Assembly (NCBI GenBank): GCA_002269645.1
Contig: NIVC01003909.1
Coordinates: forward strand, 1 to 64,000
DNA from: Macrostomum lignano
Lineage: Eukaryota
Direction: 5' to 3'
DNA: 64,000 bases
In this document: positions 23,779 to 35,306 of the stretch, piece by piece
Layout: each line of letters begins with the position of its first letter
Position numbering within the stretch: position 1 is the stretch's first letter
The notes under the pieces: generated by a model
Database searches by the model: none
What the model was told of the DNA's origin: nothing
The model's input: the letters and a program-made list of their open reading frames with translations, nothing else
Position numbers and translations under genes: made by a program

Positions 23779-25565
23779 GTGAGCGCTCTTAGTGGTTTCA
23801 TTTCGCTTCAGAAATTCCCAAGATGATGTGGCTATCAGGTAGAGCTAAGGTAAGATTTCATAATTCTTGATATTTTTTAATAAGTTGGCTGGTTTGTCAG
23901 AACTGCTGTATCAGTAAGTGCGCCGCTTATTCCGTGTTTGATTTGAATTTGCATTTGCTGTTCAAGCAATATGGCTCTGACCAATGGCTACTGCTACTGC
24001 TCCTACTGACTCCGTTGCTGGGCTCAGTGCTGCGTACATTTACAGAATATAATTGAGACGCTCATAAAATGCTGCGAGAAAATTGACAACTTATCGATGT
24101 CAAGCAAGTGTGGGAAAGGTAGCATCTGGCAGTGCATGATTACAGTGCAAGCCTTGTGTCAGGGTGCTGCACCAGAGACAGATTCCACTGGATAATTTAT
24201 GTTTTTTGCCAAGTCAATCAAGATCACGAGAATGTTTTGATTGGAATTCTTGATTTGAATCGGGCTTAGATGCAGCTCTACTCCTGCAAGTCTATATACT
24301 AGTTTTGCGCTGTTTTTCTGTCTGTCATTGATTTTTTGACAACCGTCCTGCCGATTTTCTTAAAATTAGCTTTAAAAAACAATTTTTTTAATATATTAGA
24401 AAAACGATGTTTAGTAAAGCTTTCGTGTTTTTTGCTAAGGTCAAGCAGTTCGTACACTCGAAGGTTGATAAGCCAATTGTTAAAAATAGTCGACTTTAAA
24501 TACATGAAGATCTCTGAAATTTGTGCGTGAGGTTTGCCACAGCGCATACATGCTAGACGATTCAATGGTCCTCGGCCCAGTAAGCAAAGAAAAACTGTGA
24601 ATTGGGTCATTAGATTTGACTTTTGCTGTCTTGTGAGACCTGGTGCAACGTACAACGCCCTCATACGAACTTCACACGCTCTCACAGGTTGTAATGCAGC
24701 CCAGATCTTGTTATTAACATAGGCATGCACACTCGATCTGTGCCTTGGGGCTTGGCCCCCTTATGGCCGCCAATCGCCCGGCCAATTTCCGTGCCCACCA
24801 GCCCCAAATGAATGTCGCCGCAAACCGAATCGAAACTGACGGTTGTGACGCGAGAGTCACACGCGTTTATCGCTGAGTTGCTTGGTTCCAACCTTGAGTG
24901 TGGCTTCTCAAAGTCCCACCGCCCTCCATAGCTCACATCCGACTTCTATTCTCTCTCACACCAGGGGTTGTGCCAGAAGTTCCGTTTCTTCTGCTCCAAT
25001 ATTGACACCAAGGATGTCGCATTCAGACTTACGCACGTACGAGGCATTGCTAGACATTCTGACTTTAATTTCAACAGAAGCCCTCTTTGGGCTGCCTCGA
25101 AGTCGCTTTGACGCTCCTGCAGTTCCGAAGCTCACTTAGTCACGACTTCCGACTAAATTACGGCTATGTTTCTACCGTTTCTAGCACCGTGGAAAGCGAG
25201 AGACAGACTGCTCTTCAGCTCTCTCAGGGAGTTTAATTAATCTAAAATATGACATTCGAAAAAACATTCGTTATATAATAACAATAGAAGCATTAAGCTG
25301 AGCTTTAGATGGAGGACAGCCATCCTGAAATATTAAACCATCTGTTCTGAGCAGTTCAAATTCTGTGAAACAACTAAAAGGCGCCTGAAACAACACCAGC
25401 TGCGAACATCTCAACTGTCTGGAATGTGAACTCACTGAAAAGGTCCGGAACAATATCAGGACAGGCTTCCCCGTTCAAGTCAACTTTGTCAGCCCTTCAT
25501 CAGTGGATTAAAACTTAGTGGATTAAATCAGTGGATTATACATGTAATAATAATTGATGATCAGA

Positions 25566-25823
25566 TTGGCAACCGACAGCTCAGCCGCAGCTATTGCGTG
25601 CCGCATCTGAAGGCTGCGTACGGCTGTTCGGTCCAAGGACTGGGGGGTCGCCACACACCCTCTCAATTACCCCAGCTAATGCTGGCACCCATTTTACAGC
25701 TGCGTGGACTGAAGCAATGCAGAGTTAAGTGTCTTGTTTAAGGACACAAATTGTTCCGAATAGGTCGAGAATCGAACTCCCGACCTTTCAGTCGCGAGTC
25801 CGACGCTCTGACCACTGGGCTAC
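25566..25823 (-). mobile_element. tRNA-derived SINE
   Basis: tRNA-like head with A box (GTAGCCCAGTGGTCAGAGC) and B box (GGGAGTTCGATTCTC), then a CORE-like block (CCTTAAACAAGACACTT...CCACGCAGCTGTAAAATGGGTGCCAGC). Homologous to 48819-49098. Confidence 0.8.
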
Positions 25824-25925
25824 AACCCCTTCAATCGGCGATGATTGATCGAAAGTTATTACAAGAGACTAAAAGAAATGCCGTGAAAGTCGAGAAGATA
25901 CTGTCGAGGGCTTCATATAAAAAGT

Positions 25926-25931
25926 TTTATT
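25926..25931 (-). terminator. Polyadenylation signal of the candidate peptide gene
   Basis: AATAAA, overlapping ATTAAA, on the minus strand downstream of the TGA at 26014-26016. Confidence 0.6.
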
Positions 25932-26013
25932 TAATGGCAGCATGAAGAAGCTGCTGTAAACGCAGCGGGGAGTTTCATCCAGAAGCCAATAGTCTCTATC
26001 GATTCGACAACCT

Positions 26014-26250
26014 TCAGCCGCGGAAGAAGCGAAACCTCCACCTCCTCCTGCGCCAGCGGACGAACCATTTCTGCTGGGCGGCGAGCTCCTCCTCGAGCTC
26101 CGAGCTGCTCGGCTCCTCCAGGTCGGCCAGCGGCCCGTCGGCCTCATCATCGTCCGGTCGCTCGGCCTCGCCGTTGGCGCCCGCCGGCAGCAGCGCCAGC
26201 AGCAGCAAAGCCGAGGCAGTCAGCATTGCGAGACAAAACCGGAGCTTCAT
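26014..26250 (-). CDS. Candidate cationic antimicrobial peptide precursor (signal peptide + acidic propiece + Arg/Trp/Phe-rich peptide + amidation Gly), 78 aa
   Basis: MKLRFCLAMLTASALLLLALLPAGANG-EAERPDDDEADGPLADLEEPSSSELEEELAAQQ-KWFVRWRRRRWRFRFFRG*. GC3-rich codons like the other host exons. TATAAATA about 60 nt upstream and AATAAA about 83 nt downstream of the stop. Confidence 0.8.
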   Translation of the reverse strand: MKLRFCLAMLTASALLLLALLPAGANGEAERPDDDEADGPLADLEEPSSSELEEELAAQQKWFVRWRRRRWRFRFFRG

Positions 26251-26309
26251 TGTGACTCGTGTAGTGCAGCTGGTTGCGATCTCCAACACTCGAGCTGTTC
26301 ACGCCAGCT

Positions 26310-26317
26310 TATTTATA
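26310..26317 (-). promoter_or_regulatory. TATA box of the candidate peptide gene
   Basis: TATAAATA on the minus strand, 60 nt 5' of the ATG at 26250. Confidence 0.65.
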
Positions 26318-26814
26318 GATATACGCCCGATCCGCTCCGCACATTGCCTTTGCCAAGGTCGGAAACACGTGAGAGACGGCTTGAGAAGAAGCCCTCGAGC
26401 CTCTTACTGTTCGGTTTAATTTATCAAATTAATTTCGCGAGAAAATAAGTTTCATTGCACACGAATACGAGTACTGCGACATCAACAGTGTGAGTCTGGG
26501 AAATTCTCTGCTTTCATTTAGCCTTGGCAGTGATGCAGTGTTGGCAGTGGGAGTCCTGCCAGGCCCCAGACAAGCCCTTTGTCTCCGAGACAAAATGCTA
26601 AATCTAGTTTTCTACCTTGCACACAGCAGTTGTAATAAATTTACCTGAGAACAAACTAATTCCGACTGAGAACGAGTACCCACACCAGCACAATGAGCAC
26701 CTTTTATCTTGGTTCTCATTCAGTTTAGTAGACTCAAAGAATAAGATATTCAATTAGGCACGCTTGCTAAAATTAGCAAAAAAATTGCCATTTAAATCGG
26801 TTAAAACTTGCGGC

Positions 26815-28224
26815 CCCGATCTCTAACAGGCCGCTAGTTCACTGAGTGTCTAACACATTCACAGCTCCGATCTCTAACAGGCCGCAAGTTCACTGAGTGT
26901 CTAACACATTCACAGCCCCGATCTCTAACAGGCCGCTAGTTCACGGAGTGTCTAACACATTAACAGCTCCGATCTCTAACAGGCCGCTAGTTCACTGAGT
27001 GTCTAACACATTCAGAGCTCCGATCTCTAACAGTTCACACTGAGTGTCTAACACATTCACAGCTCCGATCTCTAACAGGCCGCAAGTTCACTGAGTGTCT
27101 AACACATTCACAGCCCCGATCTCTAACAGGCCGCTAGTTCACGGAGTGTCTAACACATTAACAGCTCCGATCTCTTACAGGCCGCTAGTTCACGGAGTGT
27201 CTAACACATTCAGAGCTCCGATCTCTAACAGTTCACACTGAGTGTCTAACACATTCACAGCTCCGATCTCTAACAGGCCGCAAGTTCACTGAGCGTCTAA
27301 CACATTCACAGCTCCGATCTCTAACAGGCTGCTAGTTCACTGAGTGTCTAACACATTCACAGCTCCGATCTCTAACAGGCCGCAAGTTCACTGAGCGTCT
27401 AACACATTCACAGCTCCGATCTCTAACAGGCCGCAAGTTCACTGAGCGTCTAACACATTCACAGCCCCGATCTCTAACAGGCCGCAAGTTCACTGAGCGT
27501 CTAACACATTAACAGCTCCGATCTCTAACAGGCCACTAGTTCACGGAGTGTCTAACACATTCAGAGCTCCGATCTCTAACAGTTCACACTGAGTGTCTAA
27601 CACATTCAGAGCTCCGATCTCTAACAGGCCGCAAGTTCACTGAGTGTCTAACACATTCACAGCTCCGATCTCTTACAGGCCGCTAGTTCACTGAGTGTCT
27701 AACACATTCAGAGCTCCGATCTCTAACAGTTCACACTGAGTGTCTAACACATTCAGAGCTCCGATCTCTAACAGTTCACTGAGTGTCTAACACATTCAGA
27801 GCTCCGATCTCTAACAGGCCGCAAGTTCACTGAGTGTCTAACACATTCACAGCTCCGATCTCTTACAGGCCGCTAGTTCACTGAGTGTCTAACACATTCA
27901 GAGCTCCGATCTCTAACAGTTCACTGAGTGTCTAACACATTCACAGCTCCGATCTCTTACAGGCCGCTAGTTCACGGAGTGTCTAACACATTCAGAGCTC
28001 CGATCTCTAACAGTTCACACTGAGTGTCTAACACATTCAGAGCTCCGATCTCTAACAGTTCACACTGAGTGTCTAACACATTCAGAGCTCCGATCTCTAA
28101 CAGTTCACTGAGTGTCTAACACATTCAGAGCTCCGATCTCTAACAGTTCACACTGAGTGTCTAACACATTCAGAGCTCCGATCTCTAACAGTTCACGGAG
28201 TGTCTAACACATTTACAGCTCCGA
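26815..28224. repeat. About 51-bp satellite with 43-45-bp deletion variants
   Basis: Unit ccgatctctaacaggccgctagttcactgagtgtctaacacattcacagct; short variants lacking ggccgcta become dominant towards the 3' end. Confidence 0.95.
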
Positions 28225-28799
28225 TAAAAATAAATTAATAATGGAAGATTCACAAGTATCCAATTTGAGATTCAGAAGCCGTTGGTATTAATTATATCCC
28301 TAGCTTTAACAAATTTAATTTGTAAAATGTGTTTTTAATTAAGCCTTTTCATTTTACACATTGCAGCACAAGATGAACTAATAATTGATCAATTAAGCAA
28401 TCGATTGAATTCGCCGTGCAATTAAAATGCATTAAATGCTACAAATCAGGGGAAAATTGGGATAAAAATCGAACTGATAAGAACGCGATCGGTGCAAGAT
28501 AAACACTGGTGTAAAGTGTGCAAAGTACACGAATAAACACCCGCATTTGGTGCACAACATTTTGCTAGCAATTTCCAATCGATACTTTAGCAAATAAAAG
28601 CAAAGAACAAAGTCGCTTTGACTAGAATGAACTGGAGTGGAATAACAACTGCATGTCTGCGGCTGGTGTTCAGCTGATACTACTGATATTTTGCTCACTT
28701 GTTAAGTAGTATAAGGAGGATATGTTGAAAAAATTGGCGTAAATAGCAGAAATTAAAATCTTTTTGTTGAAGTGAAAACCTTAAGTATCTATCATGCGA

Positions 28800-29346
28800 T
28801 TCTCAGTGACACACAGCATCTCAGTGAGACACACAGCATCTCAGTGAGACACACAGCATCTCAGTGAGACACACAGCATCTCAGTGAGACACACAGCATC
28901 TCAGTGAGACACACAGCATCTCAGTGAGACACACAGCATCTCAGTGAGACACACAGCATCTCAGTGAGACACACAGCATCTCAGTGAGACACAGCATCTC
29001 AGGGAGACACAGCATCTCAGTGAGACACACAGCATCTCAGGGACACACAGCATCTCAGTGAGACACAGCATCTCAGGGAGACACAGCATCTCAGTGAGAC
29101 ACACAGCATCTCAGTGAGACACACAGCATCTCAGTGAGACACACAGCATCTCAGTGAGACACAGAATCTCAGTGAGACACACAGCATCTCAGTGAGACAC
29201 ACAGCATCTCAGTGAGACACACAGCATCTCAGTGAGACACACAGCATCTCAGTGAGACACAGCATCTCAGTGAGACACAGCATCTCAGTGAGACACACAG
29301 CATCTCAGTGAGACACACAGCATCTCAGTGAGACACAGCATCTCAG
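28800..29346. repeat. 20-bp minisatellite (tctcagtgagacacacagca)
   Basis: About 27 copies with 18-bp variants, immediately 3' of the LARGE stop codon; each unit has the palindrome TCTCA-G-TGAGA. Confidence 0.95.
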
Positions 29347-29394
29347 CAGCCAGTGACGCAAGATCCAGCTACCCAAGAGTCCCAGGGAATGCTG

Positions 29395-32300
29395 CTAGGA
29401 CGATCCCACAGACCCACTCGCGTCCCTACGAAATGACAAATACTTGAGCGCGCGGACTCCATGCCTCTTAGCCAAGTACTTGATGTACTCCACCTTCAGC
29501 GTGTTGATGCAGTGTCGGTACTCCGGTATGAACCTGAACCTCGCCACGTCCAGACTCGGCGCGTGCGGCAGGTGCACGATGAAGGCATTGGGCAGCACTC
29601 GGAAAGCGAATCCCAGAATGTCCAGCTGCATGATGAAGGACACCTTGTTCCAGCCGAACCCCACGAATCTGGTGTCAAACCTGGCGGCGTCCCGGCCGAT
29701 GACCACGTAGGGCTCGAAGTCAGCCTGCCAGGTCACCGGGTACGACTGGGTGGCCGACTTCCACCGGGTGAAGTCCGTGGCCCGGTGGCCCTCCCGGAAC
29801 ACCTTGTAGGGTTGAGAGAGAACACAATGGGTGCACGAGAGACAAGACTGGTTAAGCACAGGGCCTCGGTCTGGGACTGGGGCCACGACATACTCGTAAT
29901 TCAAATAGGCGCCAGACGCTAACAAAGACACCAAAAACCAGCAAGGGCAACACGTCACATAAAAGTTGGCGCCAGGCAGTGGCGTCATATACTAACAGTG
30001 GCGCCAGACACTAACAATGGCGCCAGACACTAACAGTGGCGCCAGATAATATCAGTGGCGCCAGACACTAACAGTGGCGCCAGACACTAACAGTGGCGCC
30101 AGATAATATCAGTGGCGCCAGACACTAACAGTGGCGCCAGATAAAAAACCTAGTCGACAATAGCCGACATGTAGCGAAAAATACTTTATAAGGCAGGATT
30201 TGACACAGGCTGCCTAATCGGCCCACGCACTACTAACCTCCTGCCTGAAGGGAACAATCTCCCCCAGGTTGAGGCGGCTCAGCAACTCGGCCTTGCTGGC
30301 GGGGAATTGCAGCTTGTACTGGAATGTCTCGAATGCGGGCACAATCAGGGCCACCCTCTGCTGCCGTTGCTGGGCGGAGAATCTGGCAATCTCGGACCTG
30401 AGATGCTCGTAGAGCCCCAGACTGGGCAGGAAGTCGAAGTCCAGCAGGAACACAAAGTCGGTCACGGCGTTCTCCATGGCTACATTGCGGAGCCGGTTCA
30501 CAGGATAGAACTGGCCCTCCTTCATCAGCAGGTGGTAGGCAATGTTGCGGCGGTGACGCAGCACCTGGAAAGGTTGCGGATTGGGATCTCATTGGTTAGG
30601 GATGTGAGATCTCATTGGTTAGGGATGTGGATCTCATTGGTTAGGGATTTGGGATCTCATTGGTTAGGGATGTGGATCTCATTGATTAGGGATGTGAGAT
30701 CTCATTGGTTAGGGATGTGGGATCTCATTGGTTAGGGATGTGGATCTCATTGATTAGGGATGTGAGATCTCATTGGTTAGGGATGTGGGATCTCATTGGT
30801 TAGGGATGTGGGATCTCATTGGTTAGGGATGTGGGATCTCATTGGTTAGGGATGTGAGATCTCATTGGTTAGGGATTTGGGATCTCATTGGTTAGGGATG
30901 TGGGATCTCATTGGTTAGGGATGTGGGATCTCATTGGTTAGGGATGTGGGATCTCATTGGTTAGGGATGTGGGATCTCATTGGTTAGGGATGTGGATCTC
31001 ATTGATTAGGGATGTGAGATCTCATTGGTTAGGGATGTGGGATCTCATTGGTTAGGGATGTGGGGTCTCATTGATTAGAGATGTGGGATCTCATTGGTTA
31101 GGGATGTGATATCTCATTGGTTAGGGATGTGGGATCTCATTGGTTAGGGATGTGGGATCTCATTGGTTAGGGATGTGGGATCGCACAAACCTGAGAAGAC
31201 TCAACAAAGGTGGCCAACTGGTGGGCCTCAGCATCCGTGACGTAGATGCAAAGGCTGATGGGGCCGGCCCAGTGTCGCGACAGGCTCTCCAGCAGCTGTA
31301 CCCGATCCAGACTGAGCTGGCTGACCAGGGTGACATCGTGAGGCCCCTGGGCGGTGTAGTTGTACTCCAAGTAGTACAGGTGCGTCCTCCGGACCAGCCG
31401 CTGCTCCGCCCGCATCTCGTAGCACTCGTCCCCGGCGCTGACGCCAGCGGCAGCCGGGCCGGCGAGCGAGTTGGCACCGGAGGCGTCCTCTGCCAGCAGC
31501 TGGTCCTGGTCGTCCTCCGCGCCATCGTCCGGACAGGCGAACAGCCGCCTGCGCAACAGGCCGCCATCATAGTCCAAGTAGGTCATGTACAGCGTATGGA
31601 AGTGCTGCGCGAATCGATGCCTGCGGGCGCCCCAAACCTTCAGTGGCGAGTTCCAGTGCAGGATGCGAACGCTGGGCAGGTTGGCGGGGGAGCGGTAGCA
31701 CAGCTCCGGCTGGGTGTGGTCGCCGAGCTGCACGTTCCAGTAGCATGGGATTCGGTACAGCAGGCCCGGGTGCCGTCGCACCAGGGCGTTAATGACGTCC
31801 TGCGGGCGGGCGGAGTTGGTGCCGAGGGATTCCGGGATTCAGTCGCCAAAATCCCAAATAAAAGAAATATCCCAACTCTTTCTGTTATCACATTAAAGAT
31901 TTAAAATATCCCTAATCCTCAGTAACTATAAAATATCCCTAATCCTCGGTAACTATAAAATATCCCTAATCCTCGGTAACTATAAAATATCCCTAATTCT
32001 CCAGAAACTATAAAATATCCCTAATCCTCAGCAACTATAAAATATGCCTAATCCTCAGCAACTATAAAATATCCCTAATTCTCAGAAACTATAAAATATC
32101 CCAAATCCCCACCAACTATAAAATATCCCAAAACCCCACCAACTATAAAAATATCCCAAAACCCCACCAACTATAAAAACATCCTAAATCCCCACCAACT
32201 ATAAAATATCCCAAATCCCCATCAGGTGAAGCACCGCCACACCTGGTCAGCCAGCTGGGCGGGTCCGTGCTTGGCCGCGCACTCCCTGGCCACGGCAGGC

Positions 32301-33439
32301 CAGCGCCTGTCCCAGCCCCAGGCCCGCAGCCTGGCAAGGTGCATGAGCATCACCCCGGTGTTGAAGCCGCGCCCCAGAGCTGGCCAGACCCCGGCCTTGC
32401 CAGACAGGTACCAATCGGACAGGTTGTCCGCCAGCCCGATAGCGAGGCCGGGCCGCTCGGCCAGCTGGCCGAACAGCTGCCACAGCTGGAGGGGGTCGGC
32501 CGTCACCGCCACGTCAGTGTCCAGTACAATGACCCGCTCGAGAGACCGGGGCAGCACGGAGGGCAGCGTCAGCTTTAGCAGGCCGTACACGCCTGAGTAG
32601 TGCGTGTTGGACAGCCAGCTCACCTGCCGCAGAGGGGAGTTCAGGAATGCGGATATAAAAATTGGGACCGCTTTTTCGCTTTGGCATCCTGGTAATTGCA
32701 AAAAGGTACCGTATTAGTAAAATTATAAAGAGGCTCTGACAAGTTCTTATGGTGATTTCTAACATTCACAGGGAAATTCTAACATTAACAGGGGAATCCA
32801 ACCATTCACAGGGGAATTCTAACATTCATAAGGGAATTCTAACATTCCCAAGGAAATTATAGCATTCACAAGGGAATTCTGGCATTCACAGGGGAATCCT
32901 ACCATTCACAGTGGAATCCTACCATTCACAGTAAGGTTCAATCTCGGACACACCTACACAAAGAAACAGTACATTAGACCTACCTGATCAGTGGCTGTAT
33001 CATAATAATCCACTCTGAGGTGAGGAATTCTCCAAGTTCGAAACAAAGTCTTGAGCACCCGCTTTGCTCGGCCTGCAGTGACCAGATGCAGGTGGATGGG
33101 GGTTGACCGGTGAAACAGGACACTCTTGACCACCGTCACAGCGTAGCGAGTGGCGGTCTGGCCGCCAACAATGAGCGCCACATGGATGGCCTGGCAGTCC
33201 AGTTGCTGACGCCCTGGGGTCAAGCTGGGCCCAGCAGCCAGTGAAGCATTTGCGCCGGAGCCAGCCGCCGATGCCACCCCGAGGCTGCCCACGATTTCAC
33301 ACTGGCAATCTGGGCTGCTGCTGGCAGCTCTGCCGGCAGAGCCATCACGTGCGATGGACAGCAGGCAGAGCAGGGAGCAGCCAGCCAGCAGAGCTGACAA
33401 CAGGCGGCCACGGCGGCGTACAGAGAATGGCAATCTCAT
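29395..33439 (-). CDS. LARGE: LARGE-type bifunctional xylosyl-/glucuronyltransferase (GT8 + GT49), about 726 aa
   Basis: Five phase-0 GT-AG exons: 33439-32984, 32623-32243, 31799-31191, 30564-30238, 29802-29395. Type II TM anchor. Motifs IHVALIVGG, HYSGVYGLLKLTLP, VIVLDTD, GRGFNTGV, LADQDVIN, WNVQL, DVTLVSQLSLDR, YPVNRLRNVA, LDFDF, FEPYVV, GFGWNKVS and FIVHLPHAPS match vertebrate LARGE1/2. Confidence 0.95.
29970..30142. repeat. 19-bp minisatellite in LARGE intron 4
   Basis: Tandem ggcgccagacactaacagt / ggcgccagataatatcagt. Confidence 0.9.
30580..31180. repeat. 22-23-bp G-rich minisatellite filling LARGE intron 3
   Basis: Tandem gatctcattggttagggatgtgg, each unit containing TTAGGG. Confidence 0.95.
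31905..32220. repeat. 27-bp minisatellite in LARGE intron 2
   Basis: Tandem aactataaaatatccctaatcctcggt drifting to aactataaaatatcccaaaccccacc. Confidence 0.9.
32755..32932. repeat. 20-bp minisatellite in LARGE intron 1
   Basis: Degenerate tandem aacattcacaggggaattct. Confidence 0.85.
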
Positions 33440-35306
33440 GGCAATGCTGGCAGCTCCAGTGGCAATACTGGGGCATCTCACAGCACTGAGGCACGAGTTT
33501 CTTGCTGCAGTGTTTTGTCAATAAATTATCACAAAACAGGATTGTAAATAAATCTCAGAAAACCCTATGTTTTAAAAAAAAGTTATTATTTATATACCTC
33601 ATGGCAAAAAGCATGAGGCAAAAAGCAAAAAGCATGGTAAAGCACAAATATGAAGAATATAATGCATACAAAGTATCAAACTATATAGTTCATTTAAACT
33701 ATCATATGTCTCTAAGCCAAAGTGCAATAGGCCTAGAATGTGAGAGAGATATAACTAAAAAACAAGATATGAATAGTCATTGAATTTTAAAAAAATTATA
33801 TCAGCATACTATATTAAAAATTGTACCAATCATTGTTGTTTTAATAGTCTTCTAATAAGTAAATAATATTTAAGGTTTGCTCAACTATGCTAATACTTAA
33901 TAATAATATTCAACTTCAATTTCTTTCAATATTATTTAAATTGTATTTTTATCAGATACAGTATAGAGTTAGTTCTCAAATATTAAATGTTATTACTGAA
34001 ATTTTACTACTTTGTTACCTCTACATGTACCCCTACATGTGATGCATGTGTTAGGACTTAGGTGGATTGTGGATGTCTGTAGGTCTAAATTGAAATGTTA
34101 CAACATTGGTTTGTTAACTTCGTTAGCAAGTTTAAATAAACAGCAGACAGCTATATAAGAATTTTGAGACTGCTTGGTATATAGTAAAGATTTGGTATTT
34201 TACTAATTATAAGCTAATAAGTAAGAAGAATACTATTAGTAAGCATAACAAGTAAGAAATACTTAGACTTATTCTTAGACTTTTGCTTAGACATTATATA
34301 TAGAAATCAGTCAAAAATCAATAATTGGTCTATATTACATCTGTTAAAAATTTTATGATAGCTATAAGATAGGAAAGCTTTAGAGCCACTTTGGTAACAG
34401 CAGTAACACAAATATAACCATATAAGCAAATCTATGAAAAAATTAAATCATAAAATAGAGGCTATTAACTCTGTTAGCTACTATCTATAGCTATCAAGCC
34501 CCATTTTAATCAGTATGCCTTAGCTTCTTAGGTATAGGTAGGTATAGTATAGACCTAACACTAATACTGAGTACAAAAATTAAATGTATATAAGAATATG
34601 TTATTGAGCCCAAAAAATGAAAATAATTATGCTTTTGCATTGACAATCAATAAAAGTGTTAACTGTTAATACTGTTTAATGTGGACTTTATATATTAGAG
34701 CTATTTGCAATAATTAAATGTAATTACTGAAATTTTACTACTTTGTTACCCCTACATTTACCCCTACATGTGATGCATGTGTTAGGACTTAGGTGGATCG
34801 TGGATGTCTGTAGGTCTAAATTGAAATGTTACAACATTGGTTCGTTAACTTCGTTAGCAAGTTTACTAAGTAGGCGGTTGGCTCTACTAGGACTAGGTGT
34901 AAATTTATCTTTAAAGATTTTAACTTATCGAAATCAACTTCAGTGGATTACTGGATTAGTTCCCTAACCTAAATTATATATTTCTAAAAAAGATGTTGGC
35001 GATAACTTTGAAGAAATATTTAAGGTAAATAAACATACAAAAATAACACTACTTAAATCACTAAATTTAAGATGTTTTTATTAAAATTTATTCTGAGAAA
35101 TAAATATGTTCTAACTCGCCGGCGCACATTTTGGCAACAAAAGATTTTGTTATAAACCTGCTCATTTTTAATTATTGTATGTCAGGTTGCTGAGAGCTCT
35201 AAGGAGCGCTAATCCGCTACAACAAACAAAGCTTTTCGACCGTGAAGCAAATGAGCTGAGAAGATTGGACTTTGTTGTATCTTTGGGAATGAACAGAGAC
35301 TTGAAA

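Noticed and set aside
24299-25140. ORFs 24299..24730 and 24682..24936 as retroelement RT remnants
   Set aside because: Only vague motif resemblance (FDSV, ILGVNIG); not enough to assign a family.
25566-25823. tRNA gene calls at 25750-25823 and 48819-48900
   Set aside because: The cloverleaf is degenerate and each is followed by the same non-tRNA body, so these are SINE heads.
26498-26507. kappaB-like site GGGAAATTCT upstream of the AMP-like gene
   Set aside because: A single imperfect 10-mer is expected by chance, and there is no evidence here that the host has NF-kB.
13985-28224. Regular arrays (30, 40 and 51 bp units) as CRISPR loci
   Set aside because: Units are head-to-tail with no unique spacers, there are no cas genes, and the context is eukaryotic.
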